Shown: in pieces, positions 49,801-58,962 of the stretch
Numbering within the stretch: position 1 is the first letter of the stretch
Layout: each line of letters opens with the position of its first letter
NCBI RefSeq assembly: GCF_032878975.1
Contig: NZ_CP043875.1
Coordinates: 734,370 to 798,369 of the forward strand
Direction of reading: 5' to 3'
Length of the DNA: 64,000 nucleotides
Source: Methanochimaera problematica
Lineage (GTDB): Archaea; Halobacteriota; Methanomicrobia; Methanomicrobiales; Methanomicrobiaceae
The notes under the pieces: model-generated
Databases searched by the model: none
What the model saw: only the letters and a program-made list of their open reading frames with translations
Told to the model about the DNA's origin: nothing
Position numbers and translations under genes: made by a program

Positions 49801-50673
49801 TTAAAAAATATTGTACCTTATGCAGTTGCAAATATATCTATTCTTAATAAAAACTCCGGTATGTTTGAAATATATTCATTTAAAGGTTCAATTGATGGAT
49901 ATGAAGGTATATGCTGTGATATGATGGAGCTAAATCTTCATGAGCATAAATACAGACTTCCTGAAGGCTATGCCGGTAAACTGTTGAATGAAAAGATTCT
50001 TGTCTCCGAAAATGGAGTTTATGGACTATTCCAGGAAAGTCTCCCGCTATACAAGTGTAATACAATAAATAACATACTCAATATTGGTAAATGCTATACA
50101 AAAGGGTTATATTGTAATAACAAACTTTATGGATTAATCTCATTTGCCATTCACGGGGGTGAAAATATGTATGAAACGCAGACTTTTGAGATATTTACAA
50201 ACCTGGTTTCAATGGCAATACAAAAAGAATATTCAATACAAAATATTTCTTCCGGAAAAAATGGGAATGCAATACCTCTGTCTGAAAAGAATCACACTGT
50301 AAATAATTTAATTCGCTTTGAACGTCAGATTACAAAAAAATGTATTGACTGTATTCCAAAGCCCACTTTGACGGTTGACATTAATGGTAAGATCACCACT
50401 ATTAATATCCATGGATGCGATTATCTGAAATGTTCTGAAAGTGTAGCATTAGGAGAATATTTCTATAATCTTCTGCCTGAGGATTTGCAGAATGATGCAA
50501 GAATCATTCATCATAAACTTACTAATGGGAGCATGGAAAGTAACCTGACACTGTTTGCTAAAAACAATGATGATAGAAATAATGATTACAGTTATTCCTG
50601 GAAAGCCCAAAAAATTACTGATGATCTGGGAAACATGAAATCATTGCTTTGGATAGGGGATTTTGGAGAGTGA
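46810..50673 (+). CDS. HTH-multi-PAS-GAF sensory regulator (1287 aa, no kinase output)
   Basis: An N-terminal wHTH (MTITELSRHTNIHRNSIAKYL), at least six PAS/PAC modules, and a C-terminal GAF domain. Confidence 0.75.
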   Translation: MMHSEEETLEKILNIVRFKSKGMTITELSRHTNIHRNSIAKYLQILLASGKVDVQLVGNAKVYTISKRVPMSSMLSFTSDFVVLINKEGNILDVNDRYLDYFNLKKEDLLNQLWSDLDLPIIKHPEVKPLVIAGLEDGEKSGYEIIFDKSGRELNFYINIIPIVLDGGGKGLFLFMQDFTAQKIAEEAMVESEEKFHNLFNNALDAILLYEINDDGLIGNLLEVNEIASKKLMYGYDELLNMPARSIIVPDSWDISSQIDQELAEQYNSIFTGFLIKKDSKNIPVEISSQIFELNGRLVVLFIVRDVTKWKETQKKLEISQNRYRGIIETQKEIICRYYPDGTYSFVNDAFCRYFNKKREDILEKSELFKIPFADREIIQSGLGQISIDNPAVNYEHRVIMEDNSVRWIQWNNTGTFNDSGEIAEYQLVGRDISDQKKAEQALKQSEEVSRILLDESKNSAIMIDKNGNILGYNKKIFSCYDLRVDLDDPGQESIRGKNYSEIFSSEDSDYFSLAVENCINNKNGGFFNKKKNSRTYHMSYYPIFDENEDIARIAFFKHDITKIKQMEDSLTGTIKKLSEIIEFLPEATFAVDLNKKVIAWNKAMEKLTNIRKEDILEMSGIYFTPFYKESGNMLIDQLIKEKDYINLDQSEKNALTKIGYFKDVFDGKGAYLWSKTSYLYDDSGLVVGAIQTLRDITQLKMTRNALEKSEMRYRAVVEEHTDMICRFSMPDKKISFVNKELCRNFNFTPEELTGQDISIIFPENVCREIRAIKLNFFVEGQASYYETRIVDYKGNSFWQEWKINPIIDKNNYLVEFQCVGRDITDKKETEISLRGSEKKYRDLIETSKSIIIKLNNKGKITFINEFGESVYGYSRDEVIGKDFSGTLAPEIESNGRDTREFIREVCENPELYNISENEGITKNNKLLWISWSFSLIKDKKIKDDGILCIGSDITEKKKFEELQKLSENNLDTLHKSAVKLSEMSGLNSILEYISVELKNIVPYAVANISILNKNSGMFEIYSFKGSIDGYEGICCDMMELNLHEHKYRLPEGYAGKLLNEKILVSENGVYGLFQESLPLYKCNTINNILNIGKCYTKGLYCNNKLYGLISFAIHGGENMYETQTFEIFTNLVSMAIQKEYSIQNISSGKNGNAIPLSEKNHTVNNLIRFERQITKKCIDCIPKPTLTVDINGKITTINIHGCDYLKCSESVALGEYFYNLLPEDLQNDARIIHHKLTNGSMESNLTLFAKNNDDRNNDYSYSWKAQKITDDLGNMKSLLWIGDFGE

Positions 50674-50810
50674 AATTAAGTATTGAGATACTTATTTGCA
50701 ATTTCAGGATATTCAGGATATGCAGTCAGTATTTGTCCGGCAAAATTTTTTAAGACATATTCATGATATTCTGTTGAATTAACTATTACTAAGGCTGGGG
50801 GTGCTTAAAT

Positions 50811-52559
50811 TTGTCATTCATTAATATCGAAAGAAACCAAAAAGTAAAACACAAAAATTGTTCCGGTCGGTTCAAATTATTGGGATTATGTGAAGTTAGA
50901 TCTGATTATGTATTCAATAAGATTAATTTTCACAATATTCTTTTAATTTTGCTGGTTACCGGATTTTTGTTTTTCGCCGCATTTGCACCGGCAAGTGCTT
51001 CTGAGGAGTTAACTACTGGTGAAAATTTGACTGAGAAAAAAAATTCAACTTTAGAAAAAATTGAAAAACCAAATAATATTCTTGATAAACTGGGGCTCAT
51101 TTCGGAACCTGATCAGAATTCAGCTTTTGATACCAGTGTTAAAAAAGTAACGGCATCAGGGGATTTTGAACTTGATGAAATCTCGGGTGTTCTGTTAAAT
51201 GAAGCTTCCAAAAATTTTAGAGGCCCTGGTCTGAACAGTGTTAGTACTAATATTGAAGTTTATGATCTTATTCAGGATATTGAGATATCAGATCCGGATT
51301 ATATGTTAAGGAAAAACGGGCTTGTAATAGACATAAATTACAAAAGCGGGGGACTCAACAATCTCCAAAAGACCTTGTGGGGATATGAAGTTGATGCAAC
51401 CTCAATTGTGAAGACATTTTATTTAAGTAAACAAAAGAATCTGATTGGCTTCATAATAATAAATTTCAATGATGAGAATAATAAAATACCTCCTGTTAAA
51501 TTCAAGCTTACTGCGGCTGATATGCAAAAATTTAAAGATTCTGTCAAAGATGGGATTTACATAAAAAAAACAGAATGGTCTTTTGTAAAATTAGATGAAA
51601 ATTCAGGAATAATTCCTTATGAAGATCCTGATTCCAGAATATATGCTGACAATATTTTATTGGGTACTAATGATGTCATGGAATATACTTTTCTGACATC
51701 TGATGAATTTAAAAATTACATTAAAGAAAAGACATATAGTCTGAATGATCTTGCACAGGATATTAATGAACAATATCATCGGAAAGAATGGGTTGGATCA
51801 GTAGAGAAGTCAACTGAGTTAATATCTTTATCAGAACAGTACAGGGAAGAAATAAGGGGCATAATTGTACCAATAGGTTTGGAAAATGCAAAAAGCGACT
51901 ATGAGAGAGCTCTGGATGTTTATTCTGATTCAGGAATGTACTTATGGTACGGAATTACGTTTAACGACCTGGAAAAAATAAGTAAAGGCAGAAAATCTCT
52001 TGTTGACGGGCTTGACAAATTAAATGATGTTTTGCAGACTTTGCAGCTTGATTCAATTGATAAATATAAGGTAATTCCTCCGTCGACAAATGCACTCTTG
52101 GTTTCTGATGGTATGAAATTAAAGGATATTTATAAATATCAGGATCCGTATGGTTTTAATGATATTTCACTCCAGGTTGATACTTTTGGCTATAAAAATA
52201 CTTATTATAGCGAAGAATCCAAAGAATATACAACTGCTTCAATCGGAAAAAAATATTTTTATGTTGTAGTTGATGTTACACACCTTGGATACCGTGGCGG
52301 TAAATATGAACAAATAAACACACCGGACAACAGTGATTTCACATTGTATTATATGGGAGAGGAATTTAAGGATTCAACGCCCGAAGGATACGTCTTAGGC
52401 CTTGGGCACACCTATAAAATGAAAGTCCTTGACAGAAAAGAACACATGGAAGCCGTTTTGATATTTGAAGTTCCTGAAGATTTTTCAGAGAAAAATGCTT
52501 ATCTTAAGGTTGATCTTGGAAGTGAGGGCATACCAGTCTGGAGTTTTTCATACCGTTAA
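50811..52559 (+). CDS. Membrane-anchored/secreted protein with a C-terminal DUF4352-like beta-sandwich
   Basis: A hydrophobic N-terminal anchor (LLILLVTGFLFFAAFAPASA) and a C-terminus (FTLYYMGEEF...AVLIFEVPEDF) that resembles DUF4352. Confidence 0.5.
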   Translation: MSFINIERNQKVKHKNCSGRFKLLGLCEVRSDYVFNKINFHNILLILLVTGFLFFAAFAPASASEELTTGENLTEKKNSTLEKIEKPNNILDKLGLISEPDQNSAFDTSVKKVTASGDFELDEISGVLLNEASKNFRGPGLNSVSTNIEVYDLIQDIEISDPDYMLRKNGLVIDINYKSGGLNNLQKTLWGYEVDATSIVKTFYLSKQKNLIGFIIINFNDENNKIPPVKFKLTAADMQKFKDSVKDGIYIKKTEWSFVKLDENSGIIPYEDPDSRIYADNILLGTNDVMEYTFLTSDEFKNYIKEKTYSLNDLAQDINEQYHRKEWVGSVEKSTELISLSEQYREEIRGIIVPIGLENAKSDYERALDVYSDSGMYLWYGITFNDLEKISKGRKSLVDGLDKLNDVLQTLQLDSIDKYKVIPPSTNALLVSDGMKLKDIYKYQDPYGFNDISLQVDTFGYKNTYYSEESKEYTTASIGKKYFYVVVDVTHLGYRGGKYEQINTPDNSDFTLYYMGEEFKDSTPEGYVLGLGHTYKMKVLDRKEHMEAVLIFEVPEDFSEKNAYLKVDLGSEGIPVWSFSYR

Positions 52560-52596
52560 TAATTTTTTTAAATTGAGTTAATATTTTTTTCAAAAC

Positions 52597-52628
52597 TGAA
52601 GGGAAGAATGATGCAAAAACTCCCTTCA
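52597..52628. terminator. Inverted repeat (8-bp stem TGAAGGGA/TCCCTTCA, 16-nt loop) between convergent genes, preceded by T7 tracts at 52564-52570 and 52584-52590
   Basis: The stem arms are exact reverse complements. Oligo-T runs directly follow the stop of 50811-52559, as expected for archaeal termination. Confidence 0.3.
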
Positions 52629-52983
52629 TGTATTATGGGTTTGTGGTCAATAAATGAATGGATATAATTGACCACATATTTTCTCAACCTGGAATATTAT
52701 ATATTTTTCTAAATCATTTTCAATCTATTTCAATAATATCTGCATATGAAAAAATATGTGGAAATTTCTTCTATGCCATAAGAATACCATTAACTTTTAG
52801 AAAAGGCTGGTGATTAGGCATCAAATGTAGTTTTTTTAAATTGATTAATATTTGGGGGCACGTATTATTTTTATATTAACAATCTTGCCCGTGGAGACCT
52901 GAAAAAATACATTTTTGTATTGTATTTATATATTATATGTGTAAGAAAAAAAAGTTATTTTATTAATATTATTTGATTATTTG

Positions 52984-53814
52984 TTATGAGTATTCGTCCA
53001 TTTTGATATGCTTTTTTATGAATTCACGTATTTTTTCTGCTTCACGTAATCCGATATTTATTTCTCTTAAACTTTCATCTATTTTTTTGGCCTGATCATA
53101 AATTAAATTTGAATTTTCACCTCCTTCAAGATCAGTAATTCCGACAATTGTCTGGAGGGGATTTCTTATATCTGCATTTATCTGTTCATAATTTTCGACA
53201 GATTTCAGGAATAAGTCAAGCTCCCTGATAAGCGTTCTAAGTTTTTTTTCGCTTTTTCTAAGTTCCTCAAGTGATAATTTATAGTCAGTGATGTCTGAAA
53301 AAATAATTATGAGGCCTGGTGAACCTTCCAAATAAACGGTAGGGATGATTTTAGTATTATACCATCTGATGGAATCCGGTTTTTTAATTGAAACCTCTTC
53401 GTTTATTTCATTCCCTTTCATGGCCTCTTCAATATTTTCATCAATATTTATTCCAAATTTTTTTATAACAGAATTGAAATCCTTGTTTTTGATTTTCTCT
53501 TCATTTAAATTAAGAAGATTTAAAAAATTTGTATTTGCCCTGATTATCTTTTTATTTTCATCCAATAGTATTACAGATTCTGCTGATAGATCCATTAATT
53601 CGTTTATCGGAACCCTTTTTGATAAAAAAAATACTTTTGCCTGACCATATGACTCCATATCAACCTGACCCTGAAGATTCATTATTTCAAGATAATGACC
53701 TACCGAAATTCTGTTAACTCCTATGGCTTCAGAAATCTGTTTGACGGACATTCCACGTGGATTATCTTTCAGGATTTCAATAATTTTTATAAATTCCTTT
53801 TGGTCTTTCGGCAT
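52984..53814 (-). CDS. HTH-PAS protein with a degenerate HisKA-like C-terminus (H-box His replaced: NADIRNPL)
   Basis: The N-terminal wHTH is paralogous to that of the 1287 aa protein. It has a PAS domain. The C-terminal helix ADIRNPLQTIVGI resembles an H-box but lacks the phospho-His. Confidence 0.65.
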   Translation of the reverse strand: MPKDQKEFIKIIEILKDNPRGMSVKQISEAIGVNRISVGHYLEIMNLQGQVDMESYGQAKVFFLSKRVPINELMDLSAESVILLDENKKIIRANTNFLNLLNLNEEKIKNKDFNSVIKKFGINIDENIEEAMKGNEINEEVSIKKPDSIRWYNTKIIPTVYLEGSPGLIIIFSDITDYKLSLEELRKSEKKLRTLIRELDLFLKSVENYEQINADIRNPLQTIVGITDLEGGENSNLIYDQAKKIDESLREINIGLREAEKIREFIKKHIKMDEYS

Positions 53815-54071
53815 AATTTAGTAATTGGTTTTTGTAAAAATGAAACTTTCCATATATTTTTATCATGATATCTGTTAAAAAACATAAAAACTACTCTGAA
53901 ATTATGATTAGAAGATATATTTATTAATTCAGACTATCATATTGTTTCAATATTTAATGGCATCCAATAAATATGTGTGATAAATAAATTCAAAATATTC
54001 TTTTTGTATATTCCTGTCTCAAAAATATATATTATCACGATATCTTAAAAGAAAGAACAGAGGATAAATTA

Positions 54072-54572
54072 TTAAATTAAATACCCTAATTTAAAAACGC
54101 CTTTTTCTTTCTTTGAGTATGGGGATCTCAGGTGAAGAAAATATATTTTCAGGGGCATTTTAAAGACCAGTATGATTTTTCTCATACAAATCCGGTCTTT
54201 GAATTCAGGTAATTTAATTATTTCTAATTTCATGGCTGGTTTAGTTAAAACAACTGCCAGATCAAATTGTCTGGATATTATTGGAATTTTTGAAAATAAA
54301 CTGGTGAGCGCACCTAATATCTCCTCAATGTCTGATTGGTGCAGATAACTTCTATTATCCTCTTTAGCTTCTTTCTTGTAGTCAGCATTCCAGATCTGGC
54401 CATTGAACCATGAAGTCATCCCTGCCAAAGATAATTTGAGAATAGCATAAAGATACGTCACCACCAAACAATAATAATTCTGGTTATATATTGATGTGCA
54501 GGGCATTTTTAAATTGTTTTTTTGCATGGCACTCAGGATTTTAAAATATGATGGGATAAAAAATAGTATCAA
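54072..54572 (-). CDS. Hypothetical protein
   Basis: ORF only. Confidence 0.3.
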   Translation of the reverse strand: MILFFIPSYFKILSAMQKNNLKMPCTSIYNQNYYCLVVTYLYAILKLSLAGMTSWFNGQIWNADYKKEAKEDNRSYLHQSDIEEILGALTSLFSKIPIISRQFDLAVVLTKPAMKLEIIKLPEFKDRICMRKIILVFKMPLKIYFLHLRSPYSKKEKGVFKLGYLI

Positions 54573-54584
54573 TATATTTGTTAC

Positions 54585-55253
54585 TTAAATCCATCCTTCC
54601 AAATCACGATTTGATTCTTTAATTCGATAATATGTCTCATTGTTGTGCACTTCCATTCCGGTAATGAATATTTCCACATTGCTACATGCATTCGTTGTGC
54701 CCACATACCTGCTGCTCCCGGGTGCTTCCCACAGATTAAGTCTGTTCCATTTTATCCAGAAGTCTGCATTATCAGGATCACTTAATGGCAGATTTACCTT
54801 ATATAGTATCTCTCTATTAAAGGCTTCAAAATCAGAATTTGAATAATTCATATCAGGATTAATTATATATGATATTCCCTTCTCTTTTATTCCCATACGT
54901 ATGAGGCATAATTCTTTTGTAAGATATGCTTCACTGTTTCTATCATTAAGAAGAATAGCCCTGTCTGCTGAAATAACACTCTCTTCATAATTATATAATT
55001 TATAAAGAATAACCGATTTTAATGATGAAGAAAATGGATTTGAATTGTTAATTTTTGTTGCAAAATCAATATTTTCAAGTGCTTTAGAATAATTTCCGCT
55101 ATGATAATGGAATAAGGCTTTATCAATCTCTTCTTCTTCATTAATAAAAAAGGCGTTTCCCTGTATAATATTAGGAATCTGAAATAATACAAATAAAATT
55201 GCTGGAATTACTAAAAGCAGAATCAAATTTTTTTTTTTAATAGTACATGGCAA
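54585..55253 (-). CDS. Membrane-anchored TPR-like repeat protein
   Basis: An N-terminal TM (LILLLVIPAILFVLF) followed by helical repeat segments. Confidence 0.45.
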   Translation of the reverse strand: MPCTIKKKNLILLLVIPAILFVLFQIPNIIQGNAFFINEEEEIDKALFHYHSGNYSKALENIDFATKINNSNPFSSSLKSVILYKLYNYEESVISADRAILLNDRNSEAYLTKELCLIRMGIKEKGISYIINPDMNYSNSDFEAFNREILYKVNLPLSDPDNADFWIKWNRLNLWEAPGSSRYVGTTNACSNVEIFITGMEVHNNETYYRIKESNRDLEGWI

Positions 55254-55377
55254 TACACTTCATCCCCCATAAAAAATTTTTAAACCCGGATTTCTCTTTT
55301 TCAGATGTTTAATCGTCTGATCAAATTAGTAGTTTTTGTAATATATAAAAATATTATATTGATGTAGCTTTTTTAAG

Positions 55378-57891
55378 CTACCTCTTAATCAAATAAATGA
55401 TAAGTACAACTACAATAAACAATATTGTGAAGATTAGCAGAAGATTTATATAAGCAAATGTGAAATCTTCCTCAGTCTGGACCGGTTGATTGTTTGAAGA
55501 TTTTGGTAATTCCGGTTGTGAGGACTCTGGTTCCTGACTTTCTACAATACTGTCATAAGAAATTTCAGTTTGATCTGTACTTGTTTTTTCCTCAACAGTT
55601 GACTGAATATAACTTAAATTGCTTCTTCTGCCGCCTCCGCCTGATGATTTAATTGGAGATATAGTATTTTCTGCTGGTTTTGTCCTTGCGGTATCATTAA
55701 TAATTGTTTCATTTATTAATCCATACTTATCTGTTGTGCATGTTCCAATAGTATATTCGGTGTCCGGCAACAGGCCCGTAGCAGTATAGTTGCAAATGCC
55801 CTTTGCAACAGAGCCTCTGCTCTCTCCGTTGATATATATCAATATCTGAGTGAATTCAGGATCATTTGGATCAGTCCAGTTCCAACATATTGAGTTGTCT
55901 GTACAGGATATATTTCTTAGATTTTCCACACCTGTAAGAACTGTTTTATCAGAATATGTTATTCCCTTTCCATATTGCGGCGTCTGATTTTGATTTCCTG
56001 ATGTATCAACCGTTACAAAGGATATTACATACTCTGTGTCAGGAATTAGTCCGTCTGTTTTTAATCTGTTTACATCCCCGCTTACAGTATAATTTTTGCC
56101 TCCGATCCGAATATTAATCTCTTTTAAATCTGGATCTGTTGGATTTATCCAGGTCCATTCAATATAGTCCTGCCCTGCTGACTCATTTAATATTTCAGAT
56201 ACGCCCATCGGAGGAATATTATCTGCTTTTGTTATTCCTGTGGAATTTATGAAACTTTTATTTTCAACACCAAAAATGTCTATTGTACTAGTCGATATCT
56301 CGTATGATACATTTGGTAAAAGACCTGATTTTTGGAAAAATTCGATTCCTTTTCCAACCCTTGCAATCTCCTGATTATTATGAGTAATTATTACTTCAAC
56401 AAATTCATCATCAACAGGATCTTCCCATGTCCAGTTAATATGGTAGTACCCTGTATCCTGAACTGATAAATTTGAGACTGTGCCTAATAGTGTCAGGTCA
56501 GTTAAGGTTTTTGCATTGGCATTAGTCCAGGTTTCATTGAGAATTCCGTTTTTGTCTACTGTCTGTGTCTTTATTGAATATTCAGTTGAGGGCATTAATC
56601 CTGTCATGTTGTACGTTTTATTTCCCTTCAATATGATGTCCAGAAGAGAATCCTCTGAAAAAATCATTACGTGAGAATAATCAGGATCAACCGGCTCTTC
56701 CCATGTCCAGTTTATCCACGTGTATCCTGACGAGACAGAAGTGAGATTAATAAGGCCCGTTAACAAATAGTCAGGTGATGTTTTTGAGGTATTGAATACT
56801 TCAGTTTCGCTGAAATCTCCATTTTTGTTGACTGTGAAAATTCCTATTGTGTATTCTGTATCGGGGTTCAGGTTATCAGCTTTATAATATTGTATTCCTG
56901 TGGGAATATTTTCTTTTGAATCACTGCCTGAGAAGTTAATAAGGATATAATCCAGATAGGGGTCGTTTGGTTCTTCCCACGTCCATTCTATGGATTTTGA
57001 TTCATATGTTATATTTTTTAGATTTTCAACAGGTAAAGGCGGTTTTGGTTCATAACTGTGCAGAGGCATATAATCTATATTCAGAGATTCGTGATCAAGT
57101 GTTAACTTACTATCACAAATGCCGTCATTGTTTACATCATGCATCGATTCCGAGGTTTGTCCTCCTACACCTTTTCCATAGTAATTTCCTGCAGTAATAG
57201 GCCCCCCAATAATATTTTCTTTAATTAGTGGGGTTATGTTCCATTTATTTTCATAACTACCGGTGAAGGATACATCATGATATTTATTATTAAAAATGTT
57301 GTCATAGATTAAATTTGAAGAACCTTTAAAAATTATAATTCCATAAAAATTATCGGAAATATTATTACGTGTTATCTGATTGCTACTGCTGCGATCAATT
57401 TTTATGCCACTTTGTGCATTATCATAAATGTTTGAATTAATCAGGATATTGTTTTTTGTTCCTGGGCCCAGGCATATTCCAAAATAATTATCCCTCACTT
57501 CAATTTCCCTGAATGTACAATCATCTGCAGATGAAAGAAGGCCATAACAATTTGAACTGGATGAATTTATCAGGACCAATTTTTCGATTATTGCCTCATT
57601 TTCTTTTACGTGTATACAGCTTTTATTATTAAATCCGTCAATAACAGGATAACCGGAACCTGAATCATATCCGATTAAGGATATTTTTTTGTCAACTACG
57701 ATATTTTCCTGATAAATTCCTGAATGAACCAGTATAGTATCTCCTTCTGTTGCATTGTTTATATTGTCCTGTATAGACATTCCTGGTGTCACGTCGATCT
57801 CTTCTGCACAGACCGGCAGAAATACAGTTGAAAGCAATAGCATCAATACTAAAAATCCATATTTTATCAGTGCATCATTTTTATATTTCAT
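55378..57891 (-). CDS. Cell-surface protein: a NosD-like right-handed beta-helix (PbH1 repeats) plus five FN3-like repeats and a C-terminal TM anchor
   Basis: A signal peptide. The PbH1 repeats include NILINSNIYDN, NQITRNNISDN and NLIYDNIF. There are five WTWE[ED]P-containing ~80 aa repeats, many N-x-S/T sequons, a Ser/Pro/Glu-rich stalk, and a C-terminal TM with a basic tail. Confidence 0.7.
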   Translation of the reverse strand: MKYKNDALIKYGFLVLMLLLSTVFLPVCAEEIDVTPGMSIQDNINNATEGDTILVHSGIYQENIVVDKKISLIGYDSGSGYPVIDGFNNKSCIHVKENEAIIEKLVLINSSSSNCYGLLSSADDCTFREIEVRDNYFGICLGPGTKNNILINSNIYDNAQSGIKIDRSSSNQITRNNISDNFYGIIIFKGSSNLIYDNIFNNKYHDVSFTGSYENKWNITPLIKENIIGGPITAGNYYGKGVGGQTSESMHDVNNDGICDSKLTLDHESLNIDYMPLHSYEPKPPLPVENLKNITYESKSIEWTWEEPNDPYLDYILINFSGSDSKENIPTGIQYYKADNLNPDTEYTIGIFTVNKNGDFSETEVFNTSKTSPDYLLTGLINLTSVSSGYTWINWTWEEPVDPDYSHVMIFSEDSLLDIILKGNKTYNMTGLMPSTEYSIKTQTVDKNGILNETWTNANAKTLTDLTLLGTVSNLSVQDTGYYHINWTWEDPVDDEFVEVIITHNNQEIARVGKGIEFFQKSGLLPNVSYEISTSTIDIFGVENKSFINSTGITKADNIPPMGVSEILNESAGQDYIEWTWINPTDPDLKEINIRIGGKNYTVSGDVNRLKTDGLIPDTEYVISFVTVDTSGNQNQTPQYGKGITYSDKTVLTGVENLRNISCTDNSICWNWTDPNDPEFTQILIYINGESRGSVAKGICNYTATGLLPDTEYTIGTCTTDKYGLINETIINDTARTKPAENTISPIKSSGGGGRRSNLSYIQSTVEEKTSTDQTEISYDSIVESQEPESSQPELPKSSNNQPVQTEEDFTFAYINLLLIFTILFIVVVLIIYLIKR

Positions 57892-58253
57892 AAATCCTTT
57901 CTCCCATTTTTATTATCGGAAAAGGAAAAAAGGCTGAAAAATAACCCTGATTAAAAAATTAAATTTTTATCATCAGAGAATTGAATTATGAAGATTCAAT
58001 TTTTGTAACAATTTGCCGGATTCATCCTTTGCCGAATTAATCCAAACATTAAAAAATATATATTATATTTATATGCTAAACAATAATAATATGCGAGTTT
58101 CCTATATGCCCGGTAAAGAGAAAGTAATGCTGGGCATACCTTTTTATTTGAATTTTTTGATAACTGAATCACATGGCCGAAAGATATTGGCAATAACATT
58201 GCTGATGTTTTGGCTGCCGGTTATTCCGGTATAAATTAACAGGGGGATTTCAG

Positions 58254-58931
58254 ATGAGAAGAATATTTTTTTGTATATTACTTATTGCAGTATTTACGGC
58301 TGTACAACCTGCCCTTGCTTTGGAAGAAGTTGTAATTAATGGAGATTTTAAATACGGAAATTTTTCAGGATGGGAGTTATCAAAAAGGCCGCCTTCAATA
58401 GAAACGGATTCTTATGGAAATCATGCAGTTGGATATTTCTTCACAGGAAAGCACATTTTACAGCAGATTGACTTCACCGGTGTCGATATGATAAATTATG
58501 ATATTTACATTATGGCTCTTGGTCCTTTTGAACAGACTTTTGATGTTTATATCGGCAAAAATCTTGTGAAATCATATGAAAACGAAATATTTTCCTGGCG
58601 AACAGAAACAATTGACACTTCATATATTGAAGGTGTTCATCCGTTAATTTTTTCTTCGGAGGGTAAACCTGCTACTACAATGAATATTTACATTGATAAT
58701 ATCTCCGGGATAAGAGAACCAGGAAGTTTCAAAGGAATTCAGAACTCGCCTTTAGGATGGATAGCCTTCCCGGTTGCTATACTTTTGTCCCTTTTTATAA
58801 TGAGAATCAATATATATACAAAAAATACCCGGAAAGGATTAAAAAAATCTGATAGTGATGATATTATTAGTAAGGAGTCTTGCTTAGCACATTTAGATGA
58901 AAAACTTAATAGTGATTCATATATGAAATAA
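58254..58931 (+). CDS. Secreted protein with a C-terminal TM anchor
   Basis: A signal peptide, a beta-rich domain, and a C-terminal TM (LGWIAFPVAILLSLFIM). Confidence 0.5.
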   Translation: MRRIFFCILLIAVFTAVQPALALEEVVINGDFKYGNFSGWELSKRPPSIETDSYGNHAVGYFFTGKHILQQIDFTGVDMINYDIYIMALGPFEQTFDVYIGKNLVKSYENEIFSWRTETIDTSYIEGVHPLIFSSEGKPATTMNIYIDNISGIREPGSFKGIQNSPLGWIAFPVAILLSLFIMRINIYTKNTRKGLKKSDSDDIISKESCLAHLDEKLNSDSYMK

Positions 58932-58962
58932 ATAATTCTTTAATTTATTGGGGGAAATTTGA

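Noticed and set aside
55378-57891. DNA-level tandem repeat/VNTR in the FN3-repeat surface gene
   Set aside because: The repeats are conserved only at the protein-motif level. The nucleotide sequences are diverged, so it is not a recent tandem duplication or slippage-prone repeat.
57892-58253. ORFs 57996-58199 (-) and 58013-58234 (+) in the intergenic spacer
   Set aside because: They are mutually overlapping on opposite strands in an extremely AT-rich spacer and have low-complexity translations. This is most likely promoter/non-coding sequence for the flanking divergent surface genes.
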